From Geosiphon pyriformis uo1 (Eukaryota; Fungi; Glomeromycota), in contig JAAOMT010000445.1 in the NCBI GenBank assembly GCA_016748015.1, forward strand, positions 310,001 through 374,000: a stretch of DNA of 64,000 nucleotides, in the 5' to 3' direction. The notes under the pieces were generated by a model, which was not told the DNA's origin, made no database searches, and was given only the letters and a program-made list of their open reading frames with translations. A program made the position numbers and the translations under genes. Each line of letters starts with the position of its first letter. The stretch's first letter is position 1. Of the stretch, positions 36,581-49,046 are shown one piece after another.

Positions 36581-36612
36581 TTCCTAAAATTTTTGCTCTA
36601 GAATCTTTCGCT

Positions 36613-37723
36613 ATGCCTTTAAACTTCCAACATACAGCTCCGCAGCTTGAACCTTCTCCAGTTTTAAAAAAGAAGCGGAAAATGGACAGCGACACAATTA
36701 ACAGCGAAAAAGAAGAGAAATCACCACCAGAATCGATTTCAGCACACATGACTGTTCCTCAAATACCATCACAAGAACACCAATATTTGAACTTGATCCG
36801 CTTCATCCTTGAACAGGGGCAACGACGTTCTGATCGAACTGGGACAGGCACTATTTCAGTGTTTGCTCCTTCTCAACTTCGATTTTCTTTGCGCAACAAC
36901 ATTTTCCCTCTATTAACTACTAAACGTGTCTTTATTCGTGGAGTAATAGAAGAACTTCTTTGGTTTATTAAGGGTGATACTAACTCATCACACCTAAAGG
37001 AGAAAAATGTACATATATGGGATGAAAATGGTTCACGCGAGTATTTGGATAAAGTTGGGTTAGCACATCGAAAAGAAGGGGATTTAGGACCTGTCTATGG
37101 ATTTCAATGGCGACACTTTGGTGCTGAATACATAGATTGTGACACAGATTACACAGGAAAGGGTTTTGATCAGCTTCAAGAAGTGATCGAAAAGATTAAA
37201 AATGATCCCACAAATAGACGCATTATATTGAGTGCCTGGAACCCAGCTGGTAACATCAAAACAATTCAAGAATTATCATCGTAGCTTTATACTCATAATT
37301 GTTTACCCTATTTTAGATATCAGCAAAATGGCACTGCCTCCATGTCACATGTTTTGTCAATTTTATGTTTCTACCCCAACACCTGAATCACCTATATCTA
37401 CCCTCTCTTGTCAGCTTTATCAACGTTCTTGTGATGTTGGCCTTGGTGTGCCATTTAATATCGCGAGCTACGCATTGCTCACATGCATGATTGCCCAAGT
37501 GACCAAATTGTTACCAGGTGAATTCATTCATACCATGGGTGACGCACATATCTATGTCGATCATATTGAAGCGCTTAAAATTCAGTTACAACGTGAACCC
37601 TTGGGTTTTCCAAAGTTGGTAATCAAACGAGATGTGAATGATATTGATGATTTTCGGTTTGAAGATTTCGAAATTATCGGATATAAACCGCACGGGAAGA
37701 TTGAAATGCGAATGTCGGTGTAA
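36613..37723 (+). CDS. CDC21: Thymidylate synthase (ThyA type)
   Basis: [66 protein letters not shown]; intron 37250-37316; start could instead be ATG 36682. Confidence 0.96.
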
Positions 37724-38743
37724 AATAATGGTTTCTGCCTGATATAAAAAAATGATGACGAGACTCGTTGGCAATTCTTTCCCCCAAATGTAGTTTTAAG
37801 GATTTTCTACTGAAAGGTGACCTCTATGTGGGCAACAGCATTCGTGATGCCAACTAGATACTTGATTATCTCTTCCTAATTATTGCATTCTAAGATTTAT
37901 ATAATTTCATGAGCTTTTCGAGACTATCCTTTAATACACCTAAATCAGAATTCCTGATTAATAGTTGCTTTAATTTGGAAAGGATACCAAAGATTTTATC
38001 ATCCCATTACAAATAATTATTATTCAATTAAATTCCAATTATTGAGATTTTCAATAGAAACTGATCGAGATTAATTTTTGATGCAGAAGAAAATACCCTT
38101 GTCTACAAAAAAGATAATGAATTGGCACAACGGAAAAAGGCCTTACGTCATAAATAAGGATCGTGTTGCTGAATCATGCAATGTTTTGTAAAAACCATAA
38201 AGGATATGGATGAATGACGGAGCTTTTTCGGATTAGTTCGCTCTGAAGACTAAGAATACTCTCGAGATGAGTTTCAGGTTCAAAAATTAGATTGTTTTAT
38301 CCTAGTAAATGACATTAAATAATCATCAAGAGGGCTTTGTTTAAAATAAAAGCTAAGGGAATAATAATCAAAAGGTCGTTTACGACAAGATAGCATCGAA
38401 TCAATACCATAAAATCGTTCAAGTTTAATTAGGCATTAGAATGGAAACTGAAACAAATATCAAATTTTGTTCTTGACCATCAATGACGCTCTAATCTCAA
38501 TTCATCCAGATTCATTCGTAGAATTTTAATTGTAAGCTAGTCTCTAATATATTGTATTTTTAAAACTATAGAGTCCAACTCTCAGCCCCTCCTTACTTAA
38601 TTCTATTATTGCTCTACGTTGCCACAAAATATTTTGGGGTTTTCTTTGAAGCAAATTGTTCAGGAAGCGAACGGGGCACTTAAAATTATAATAATTAAAA
38701 ACTTCATTAAACACTCAAATTTGGCCTTGTTGAAATCAAGCAA

Positions 38744-40219
38744 TTATTGTTGTGCACATTGTACTCCGCTACGACGTTCATCATCTTCATCATCTTCCTC
38801 GACGATACCATTCGCTAATATATGAGCAGCCTTTTGTTGTTGGATAATATCCATATCTTGCAACATCACTTCCTCCACTTGTTCAGAGGCACCGATTTGA
38901 ACTATAGAACGAGGGGGTAGGATTTCTTCGAGCTTTGCGATTGTATCGGGATCAGTCCAGTGTGGCGGGGGAAATTGAATATCAAATTTGATAATCAAAC
39001 TGCCCATGTTGTGGTGACGGTATGAAGGCATACCATAACCAATAATGGTTTTATATTGACCTGAAATTTGTGCATAAGAAATCTTTCGCTATTAATATCT
39101 CATTATTGAAACATTTATGTCAAACTGAAGCAAAATTTACCTGGCTGTAATGCTTCGCCAGGTTGTATCTTTACTATAAGAAGTTTTTCATCGAGATGCT
39201 TAATTGTAAATTGACCACCAGCTAAAGAAGTTAGCAAGTCAATTTTTGCGGTATAGAATAAATCATCTCCTCTTCGAGTAAACCGATCGTGAGGCTTCTC
39301 TTGTAACTCAATAATAACATCTCCAGGTTCTTCACCAGGTTTTTGATCGGCTTCACCTGCAAATGTGATTTTCTGACCATTTTTCATACCCTTATCAATA
39401 TGGACTTCTAATACTTTACGTTCATTTACTGTTTTCTTGGCGTTACAGCTTTTGCATTTATCACTTTCCCGGATGACGGTTCCTTCACCATTACAGTCAG
39501 TACAATATTGCTGGATTTGTTGCAACATTGGGCCTAATTGTCGCACAATCAGTCGTACACCACTTCCGCCGCACGTATCGCATTGTCTTACAGCACCTTT
39601 CTTGCCCCCGCGGCCTTCACATTTCGTGCAGATGACAGTTTTATTGAGTGACAATTTTGTTGTCTTTCCTTGGTATAAATCTTCCAGAGAAACTTTGATA
39701 ACATGAGCCAAATCTTTTCCCTTTCGAGGGCCCCGTGCGGGTCGACTGCCGAAAATATTAGATCCGAAGAAGCTACTGAATAGATCCTCAGGAGAGACGC
39801 CTGAATCACCACCAGCACCTTCCATGCCATATCGATCATATCTGGCTCTTTTCTCACCATCTGAAAGGATAGAATAAGCATGTGCGATTTCTTTAAATTT
39901 CTCTGCTGCCTCAGGATTCTATTATGAGATTAAAATCGAAGATCTTTTAGCTTCAGAACAGAGAAATCAGCGGCTATTTTTGGCCAGACTGAAGCCGTAT
40001 TATCACGTATATTGTTTAAAATAATGTGAACTTCTAGATTTTATAGAGCCGTTTACATGTATTACTTAAAAGCAAAATTATAATGTTTTTTGGATTTCAC
40101 AGGTTTACCTTATCGGGATGGTACTTAAGGGCCAGTTTTCGGTATGCTTTCTTTATTTCTGTTTCTGAACAGTCTGGTACGAGTTCCAGGATGTCATAGA
40201 GCTTAGCGTCCTTGACCAT
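38744..40219 (-). CDS. YDJ1: Type I Hsp40/DnaJ chaperone (DNAJA), 3 exons
   Basis: J domain with HPD, CxxCxGxG repeats, C-terminal CaaX CAQQ. Confidence 0.96.
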
Positions 40220-40452
40220 TTTAATAGAAGTTTTTTATTAATGATTTAGTCGTGAGGTAATTACGATAAAGTATTTTTTAAATCTCAGAAGACAATAGAT
40301 TTGAATAGAGAAATTAAGACAAGAAAAAAAATGAAGTTTTTAATTTTGAATACACTATATAGCTACTTTTTATCGTTGTCTTATTATAAGATTCATCTGC
40401 AACATATCAGTAACGTCTGACAGTTAATTTCCCAAAGTGGATGACGCTCCGT

Positions 40453-40465
40453 TGCTGGAAGGTTC
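40453..40465. promoter_or_regulatory. Putative heat-shock element in the YDJ1/ENP2 divergent promoter
   Basis: TGCtgGAAggTTC (three nGAAn units, one mismatch) about 235 bp upstream of an Hsp40 gene. Confidence 0.4.
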
Positions 40466-40639
40466 TCGCTATATCGTGGACTTTCCAGGAATGCTATTTT
40501 ATCAGTTATGGCTTGTTCATACTATTACGTAATAAAAGATTTTTGGTCCTGAATTATTTGATTTACAGTCATGTGACAAAAAGATAAAAACCCTACACTT
40601 GTAAAACTGGCATTTTATTGAATTTTATTTAGCCTCACA

Positions 40640-43600
40640 ATGGTGCTTCAAGTTTCTGATCCCAACAGTGTTAAAATATACACAGTCTCTGGCTCTGGGT
40701 CTCGTTCGATACCGGAGTGGCTTGCAAGAAAAAAGAAAAAGACACTAAGGGATGATCCAGGTGTGCATAATAAACAGTATTTGAAGCTTTCTGTACCACA
40801 ATTTTTGATGATAATCTTGTTGACTTTCTTTTACACTGTATTGAAAAAGAATGGCGCTCGCGAATTGAGCTCATTCAGGATTTCGACTTTCCTGAAGCCT
40901 CAATTAGAGTAAAGGTCACCCCTGATCAAAAATTTGTAATGGCAACTGGTAAGCCTTATTGATCACAAGTATAGCTCTGTCTTAAGAGAAATTTAATTGG
41001 AGAATTTTTCTCTAAAGGCGTTTATAAGCCTCAGATGCGAGTGTATGAGTTTGCCGAAACATCAATGAAATTTGATCGACATACAGAGGCCGAAAATATA
41101 AATTTCGTTGTAGGTATCTATTTAAACCAAACTTGTTTTAATTATTGATGTTACCTAATCGGCCAAAAATCATGCCTTCGATTTGGCTAGATCTAATTAA
41201 AAGCGTTTTTGGGCATTTGGTCATACGTGTCCTATTCTGTCGTGGATTTTTTGATAACAGGTTCTATCAGATGATTGGACAAAATCAGTACTATTACAAA
41301 ACGACCGCTCAATAGAGCTGCATGCTCAAGGTGGACTTCATTATAAAACTCGAATACCTAAGGTATGTGTTAGATTCCTTGAACGATAACCTTACTCTAT
41401 TCCGATCTTCTTATTTGATATCGCTTATTATTAGTTTGGAAGAGATTTAGCTTACCACTTTCCAACGTGTGATCTTCTAATAGCCGCATCTTCAAATGAA
41501 GTATATCGATTGAATCTAGATCAAGGTCGTTTTCTTAATTCAATATTGACTGATTCCATCAGCGGTGTGAACGTCAGTATAATAAATCCAGCACATCAAT
41601 TATTTGGCTTCGGGACCGAAAATGGCACCGTTGAATTCTGGGATCCACGATCAAGATCTCGCATCGGATCACTGGCTCCACAAGTCCCAGCTTTCGATGT
41701 TGGTAAAGGTGTTCAGGGTTTCCAAGTTACTTCAATGGCTTATCGAAAGGATGGACTTTCACTTGCTGTTGGAACTTCGACAGGACATATATTACTCTAT
41801 GATTTGCGTAGTTCTGCACCCTGGCTAGTAAAAGACCACCAATATGGATACCCAATCCAAAACGTGAATTGGTATGATGATACAGTAGGAGATAAAGGAC
41901 GCGGAAAAGTCATAAGTGCGGATTGCAAGATTATTAAAATATGGGATCGAGAAAATGTGTGAGTCGTTTCCTCTTCTTAAAATTTCGACAAATTTAAATT
42001 TGCTTTTAATTATACAAACCTTTTACAGGGTGATCATTTTACTTCGGTCGAGCCGCCCACAGACATAAATGATGTTTGCGTGGTGCCTGAATCTGGTCTA
42101 TTATTTGTTGCCAATGAAGGAACTCAAATTGGTGCTTACTATATTCCAGCTTTAGGGCCAGCACCTCGTTGGTGCTCATTCTTGGACAATTTGACGGTAT
42201 GTCAAATTCTGCTATACTAGTTTTTACTGTAATATTCTTATTTAGCTCTTGTTTCTGAATTCACAATCAACCATTATGTTTAGGAAGAATTGGAAGAAAA
42301 TCCTCAACAAAATATTTATGAGGATTACAAATTTGTTACTAGAAAAGAACTAACCAGGTAAGCCATGAAATTTGAATATGATTTGGTTCCGATTAAGGTA
42401 TAACTTTTCTTTACAGCTTTGGTTTAGATCACCTGATTGGCACCAACCTTCTCAAGGCTTATATGCATGGGTTCTTCATAGATTTGCGGCTTTATGAAAA
42501 GGTGGAAACCCGAATACTAATGCCTCAAATGTATCCAATGGATTTTTTGACAAATTCAGGTCTTACTTTTAATAAATCTAGGCAAAAGCTCTTGCTAACC
42601 CATTCGCCTACGCCGAGTATCGCCAACGTGTGATTAAAGAAAAGATTGAAAAGAATCGCGAATCCCGGATTCAAGCTACAAAGAAAATACCTAAAGTTAA
42701 CAAAGAGCTCGCAAGTCGGTTATTGCATGAAGAAGAGAATAAAAAGAAAAAATCGAAAAGGGTGTGTATAACGTGCATTCTAATTATTTTTATGATATTC
42801 AAAAGAGGCTCTAAATTTATTAACTCGGTCTTCTTTTATATAGACGGCTGTTAATCCACTCAAAGATGAACGTTTTGGAGAATTGTTCACCAATCCAGAT
42901 TATGAAGTGGATGAGAATACTATTGAATATCGGTTACTTCATCCCACTGTTTCTGTAAGCCTGCATGCCTAATTGATGATTTTCCGCATGATTGATAAAA
43001 GTGATGGAAACTTGATTATTCTACCTTGGTGGTCATTTTAATCTTTTAGCAGAAAAAAGAATATCTGAATGAAGAGGAACAGGAAGAGGAAGATGAAGAA
43101 ACAGAAAAAAGTGATCCTGAATCTGATACAAGTGATGGATCAGAATCTTCAGCCTCAGAAAGCGATAGTGATGAAGGTAGAAAAAATACTTTATACTTAA
43201 GAGATTCCTTGATTACTAATTAAAATTTTCCTGCGTAATAATTGTTCTTCAGACTTAGCTACACAGCTGCGCAAGCAAAATAAAGTGAAGTCATCAAAAC
43301 AGAAAGATGAACCAATTCGAACCCAGAAGTCCCTCCGATTAAAGAGACAAATGAAACGTGAGCCAAGGATGATGGATATGAAAGTAAATATAACGTTTTA
43401 TTTTATTCCTAGCCTTTTGCTCGACTCTGACAATTCTTAATTTTTCCAAATAGAGTGGCAATCCATTTAATTCGAATAAATCAGAGATCTCTAGAAAAAC
43501 GTTCGGCGAACGTTTACAATCCGGACCGCGATATCAACCATATCGCATTACCAGAGCGCCTTTAGGCGGGATGGAAATGACATTTAAATTAAACCCAAAA

Positions 43601-43708
43601 AAGGCGGACAATGAGGATCAGCTAGCTAAACGTGGAAGTCGCGGTGGTGTCCCAGAAAGGAGGCAAAGAAGATCAGCTAGTAAGAATACCTTCAGAGGAC
43701 TGGGCTGA
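40640..43708 (+). CDS. ENP2: Ribosome biogenesis WD40 protein Enp2/NOL10, many exons
   Basis: RIELIQDFDFPEA, GVYKPQMRVYE, HQYGYPI, IPALGPAPRWCSFLDNLTEELEE, AYMHGFF, NUC153-like DERFGELFTNPDYEVDE, RRSASKNTFRGL. Confidence 0.93.
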
Positions 43709-44477
43709 TTACAAATCCCTCATAGTTTGCTTAATAATTTTATCGAAGAAATTAGGAGGTTTTAATATCACATACACTAATGTGATGATTTCAGCTGAAT
43801 TTGCGATCTATTATTTGCGAACTATCAAGGACTTCTAGCACGGGGACTATCCTAAGACAAACAAATTAAAAGAATACATTGGGATATTCATTTATAACAG
43901 GTTTAACTGGAGAAAGGCTACTTGTTGCGAAATTTGCAATCGTTTAAGCTTTGAATTTTTTATTTATAAAACATATTATTCAACTTTTGTATTTTATTAA
44001 TATTGTCAAAATCAACCATTTTTGGAAAAACATTTTAATTAAAAAATTATTTTATATTAAATACAAATTTTAAATTAACTTTTTAAATAATTAATTATTT
44101 TAAAAATAAAAAATTTTATTGTAAAAAATTTTAACAAATATTTAAAATATTTAAACAATTGAATTGTTTTTTAATTTTTAATTTTGATTTACAGATATAT
44201 TTATAAAGTATTATTAAATAAAAAATTTATTTAATATTGAAAATATTTTTATACGCATATGTACGTATATTCAAAAATTATTTCAAAATAATAATAATAA
44301 TAATAATAATAATAGTAGTAGTAATCGTAGTAGTAATTTTAATTTAAACGAATTATAAATTAATGATAAAATATATAAAATATTATATAAAATTATAAAA
44401 AAACAACTAACATAAATAAATAACTATATATTGCTTCTAAATTATATTCATTAATAAAATTTTTTATTGTTGTTGTC

Positions 44478-44519
<42 letters not shown>

Positions 44520-45085
44520 TTTGAATTAGAACGGAGTGGTAGCTAAATTAAATGATCCGTTTTTGAAAAATAAAATCCTCATGAAAAAAAGAGTGATCAT
44601 TTACTTAATTTGCCGCATATAATTGAACACAAATTTACATTTTGAATGGTAAATCATACGGGAAAACCAAAATCTACTGACTCAAAAAAATCTTTAATAT
44701 AGAACAATAAGGCCCAATCATAAAATGATTATAATGCTGGGTGCATTTGTTCAAAATATTCAATTTTGATTAAAAATGAAATGTAGTTGATGAAACCTAG
44801 TATTTGATAAATGGAATGAGGCAGCACAAAAAAAATTGTTCAAAATATTATATAATACAAAGTGAAGATAAAATAGGGTAAGTAAGTCCAAAAAGATCTA
44901 CACGATTCGTAAAAAAATAAGGTATAATTGGATACAACCTCCTATATATCTCCCTAATATAATAATTATAATGCTAAACTATATCACCCAAATTATTAAT
45001 TATTACATTTTGTGTTTTATCAATTTAAATGATAAATACTAATAAATGATCGAATTAGCCGAATAATTTAAAGGCCCACTGATCA

Positions 45086-46473
45086 TCAATATGGCGTGGT
45101 CCAAACATCGTAAATTTCCGAAACCATGGGATTTTTCTCTCGGTACTTTTTTACCATATTTATTTGCTCAGGGTTAGGTTGCCATCGTACTTCTGGATGT
45201 GATTTTTCATAATTAATTATTCGATCCTGACAAAAATGATCTTGATGTGTATCCACCCCATAGTATTCGGGTGTTTCAGTACATCTACGTTCATCCATCG
45301 CTGCTAATAAGCTAAGAATCGCTTGATCTTGTCGGTGATTTTTGCGACTACTTCCCTTTGGTGCGATACATTCTTTCGCCAATGCACACTGATACCATTC
45401 ATTGATCAGGTGGTGAGATTTTAATGAATCAAAAATAATCATGGCCCCATTACAATTAGGATATTTTCGAAATTGGAATGAATTCATATGCAAATATTTA
45501 AATGTTCCGCGATGTGTCCAATCAGGAATTCGACCATTTGATCTCGGCGATAAGAATCCGTTATTATATTCCATTGTCGTGAGAAGATCGGTTATAAAAT
45601 TTTGATGAAAGATAGAACCGGCATCTAACCATGCTACGATCCCTGGATGATCTCGAGTTACCTCATGAACGATTCCAGTTTTCCAGGCATATTGTCCACG
45701 TAATTTATTTATATTCCAGAATGAAGGGTAAGCAGTAAAATTGAATCTACGTAATTCGTTATAAAATCCCAATGAGTGAAGTGGTGAGAGAATCTGACGT
45801 TGATAATCTGCTAGTCCCAAGTCGTAAATAATTACACGAGGAATCAGTGAAGGGTCTAAATTTTCAAAAGTTTCTTTGGTAGCGTATAGCCAACTTTGAA
45901 GTACACAAAAATGATTATCACTTGCAGCTGTCACAATAGTAAATGGAAAATCAATTTTCAATTCTTGATTAATGTTTGTCTTGACAAATGGCTCCGGTGG
46001 TTTGGTGGTAGTGGCGGTGATGGTACTGATTATTTCTTCTGAATTAGGAATATCTTGTAAGCTAGAATTCAGAACAGAATTAACTTGATTTAGTTTTGGT
46101 TCTGATATAGCGGGAGTGGTGAATTCACCAAAAGCTGTGGTAGGGGTGGTCGTATTCGTCATGATCGACTGATTTTGCGCTAATAATAAATTTGATTCTG
46201 TGGGATTTATTTCGTTCATACACCTGTTGTTTTCACATAATACGCCATCTAATAAATGACGAAAAAGTTTAAATCAAATTTATAATAATGATATCTTTTC
46301 GAAGAGCCTTTTGATGATGATGATGATGAACTCGGCTGCCTACCTATTGAATGCCAATTTAATCCAAAAGCTATCAAGAAAAAGAGACATATTAGAAAGA
46401 CTAATAATTGATATGGTCGTTTTCGAAGTGTAATTATAAATGAGCCACTAAAAGGTCTTTGATTAATAGACAT
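45086..46473 (-). CDS. DUF1647-like type II membrane protein (putative glycosyltransferase fold)
   Basis: N-terminal TM, intron 46249-46343, Thr-rich stem, motifs VTAASDNHF, IIYDLGL, YAWK, WLDAG, HRQDQA. Confidence 0.75.
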
Positions 46474-47150
46474 TTGTGGTTCTTTGAAGAAAGAAGGATA
46501 TTGAAGAGTGTGTAAAGAGATGGGTTTATGAAGGAATTACTTGTACCAAAATTTATAGCTGGGGGTCCTAGATTAGAGAAAGTTTATATGTGTTGACAAA
46601 AGTTAGTAGAATCAGATTCTCATGAGAATCGATTCAAACGAATGTCGACTGCATTCAGCGTCCAAGCCTTTTATCACTGATAAAAATAAGAAGAGAGAGA
46701 AGGAAAAAGTGTGTGTATGAGGGGGTTAAAGAGGCTAAAAAGGTAAAGAGGAAATTTGAATTTTTATAAAGTTTTAATATTCAAAAGATGAAACAAGTTG
46801 CGGTATAAGTTTTCCGATAATAATATAACACGAGGTTGTGGCAGTCGGGTGACGGTTCAAATAAAAAAATTTCGCGGTATTGCGGATATTTTATTCGTAG
46901 GGACAAGAATATAAAAGATATTTTACATTTCCCAATCTCTATAATCGAGTATCAAATAAATCAATCAATCAATATATATTTACCAAAAGTAGTAATCAAA
47001 AAAGTAATTTATAATTAGTGGTATTAAAGCTATGGATAAATCTTAAAACATTCCATAGAATGGTATTAAAGAATTTTAAGTGACATATTTTTAATATTCT
47101 TAACTATTTTAAATGATTGTTTATTAATTTTACTAGTTTCAAGGTTTTTA

Positions 47151-47201
<51 letters not shown>

Positions 47202-49046
47202 GATTATTATTATTATTATTATTAATTATATATTACTAAATTTGTGTCTGCAGCGAATTTCCCCAGTTTTAGATTTTCTTGTGTACGCATAAAATGAAGA
47301 AATTGAATTTTTTTGGTGATTATACATTATTGCGATTGGACATTCAGGTGTTTGAAATTAAGTTCTTTTTTCAAAGTATCAAGGTTTTTTTTTTTGAATA
47401 TGTAAATTATAAATTATTTTATTTTCTAAAACAGATTACCAATTTAGTTACCACTCCACCACTCTTATTATTATACTATTATTCAAGAAACTATTGTTAT
47501 CAAAATAATATAAATCGATTCACTAAGCTCATTGGTTAAATCCCGATTAATTATCAATTTTGGTTTTTAAACCTTTAATTTGTTTCTTATTTTCCGTTTT
47601 AAATTACTACTCTCAATTTCTTTTTTTCTTAGTTTAAGCTCTGATAATCATTGCATACATTACTTGATTTTTTTTATATCTAGTTATTTTATGAAATTAA
47701 TTGAAAATTTATTGAATCTGCCTATTTGCATTTCATGTTAATCCAAATGTTACTATAATTTCACATTTAATAAAAATTAATTAATAAATTAAACTTATAT
47801 TAATTAAAGCTGAAATCTTTAAAATAAACAATAACATATTATTACAAATTACCAAAAAAAACTTTTTATTTCTTAATCTTATAAATTTTATATTTATAAC
47901 TAAAACAAAAAAAAGAAATAATTATTGTTTTTTATAATATAATTAAAAAACAACAATTGTAAACGCCTTTTTAATAGTAGAAATAGCTAAACGAAATATT
48001 ATAATATCATTTTTTTAAAATAATATCTATTTAAAACAACTTTTAATTGTTTTAAAAGCATTTTTTTTTAATTAAAGTCTTATTTAAAAAACAATTTTAA
48101 TTGTTATAATTATCCAAAAAAATTGTTGTAATATTTATCAAATTATTTTTTTTATGAAAAAAAGCAAATTAACTTATATTCTAATACACATTTTACTTAT
48201 TTTAAAAAGTTTAATTAATGTTATAAAAATTGAAATAATATTTTTTTAAAAACTATTGCACTTTTTAATATTATACAAAAATTATTACCAATTATTAAAC
48301 TTTTTTTAAATATGTAATTTTTGTTTTAATGTTTAATATCTTTTTAAAAATTAAATTAACTTATCTTAAAATTGTGTTTTAATTGTTATTTTGGTTTTAA
48401 TGGTAATAAATTGGTCATTAATAATAATATTAAATTGCTTTATATAAAATATACTTTGAAAATTTTTGAATACTTTTATTAAAATTAAGCTTAATAAGTT
48501 GTATTTATTATTATATTGAAAATAACAAAAGTCTGTTGTGGTTTTTAGTTTTGTCATTGTTTTGTTTTTGTTTTTGTTATTATTGTAATTTGTTATAGTT
48601 TATTATATATATTTTTTAATAATATTAAAAGTATTTAGTAAAGTTGTTATTATTAACTAAATTGTAATAATATATTATATCTATTTAAAAAATTTAGCTT
48701 TTGTTAATTTTAATAAAAAAAAACAGTTTATAAAATTAATAATAAAATTTATTATTGATTTTATTTTTTTAATATTAACAGAATTATTAAAAATATTTTT
48801 GTTGTTTTTATTTTTGATAACCAAAAAAAAATTATTATTTATATTTTTTATAACTTAAAATATAAAAATAATTTTTAATTTACTACTAATATATAATTTT
48901 GAAAAGATAAAAAAAGAATAAAAAACATAATAATAATAAAAATATTAATATTAAAAAAATTAAAAAAAAAAACAATAACAAAAAACTTCTTTCTTTTTTA
49001 TTTCTAAAAATCCTTAAAAAGTGTATTTTCTGTAAAAAAAAGTTTT

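Noticed and set aside
36496-36612. N-terminal extension of TS in the ORF track
   Set aside because: Starts at a non-ATG codon and covers the divergent promoter; first ATG is 36613.
37752-37813. Box C (ATGATGA) and box D (CTGA) pair after the TS stop
   Set aside because: No convincing terminal stem or rRNA guide recognised; such motifs arise by chance in a 3'UTR.
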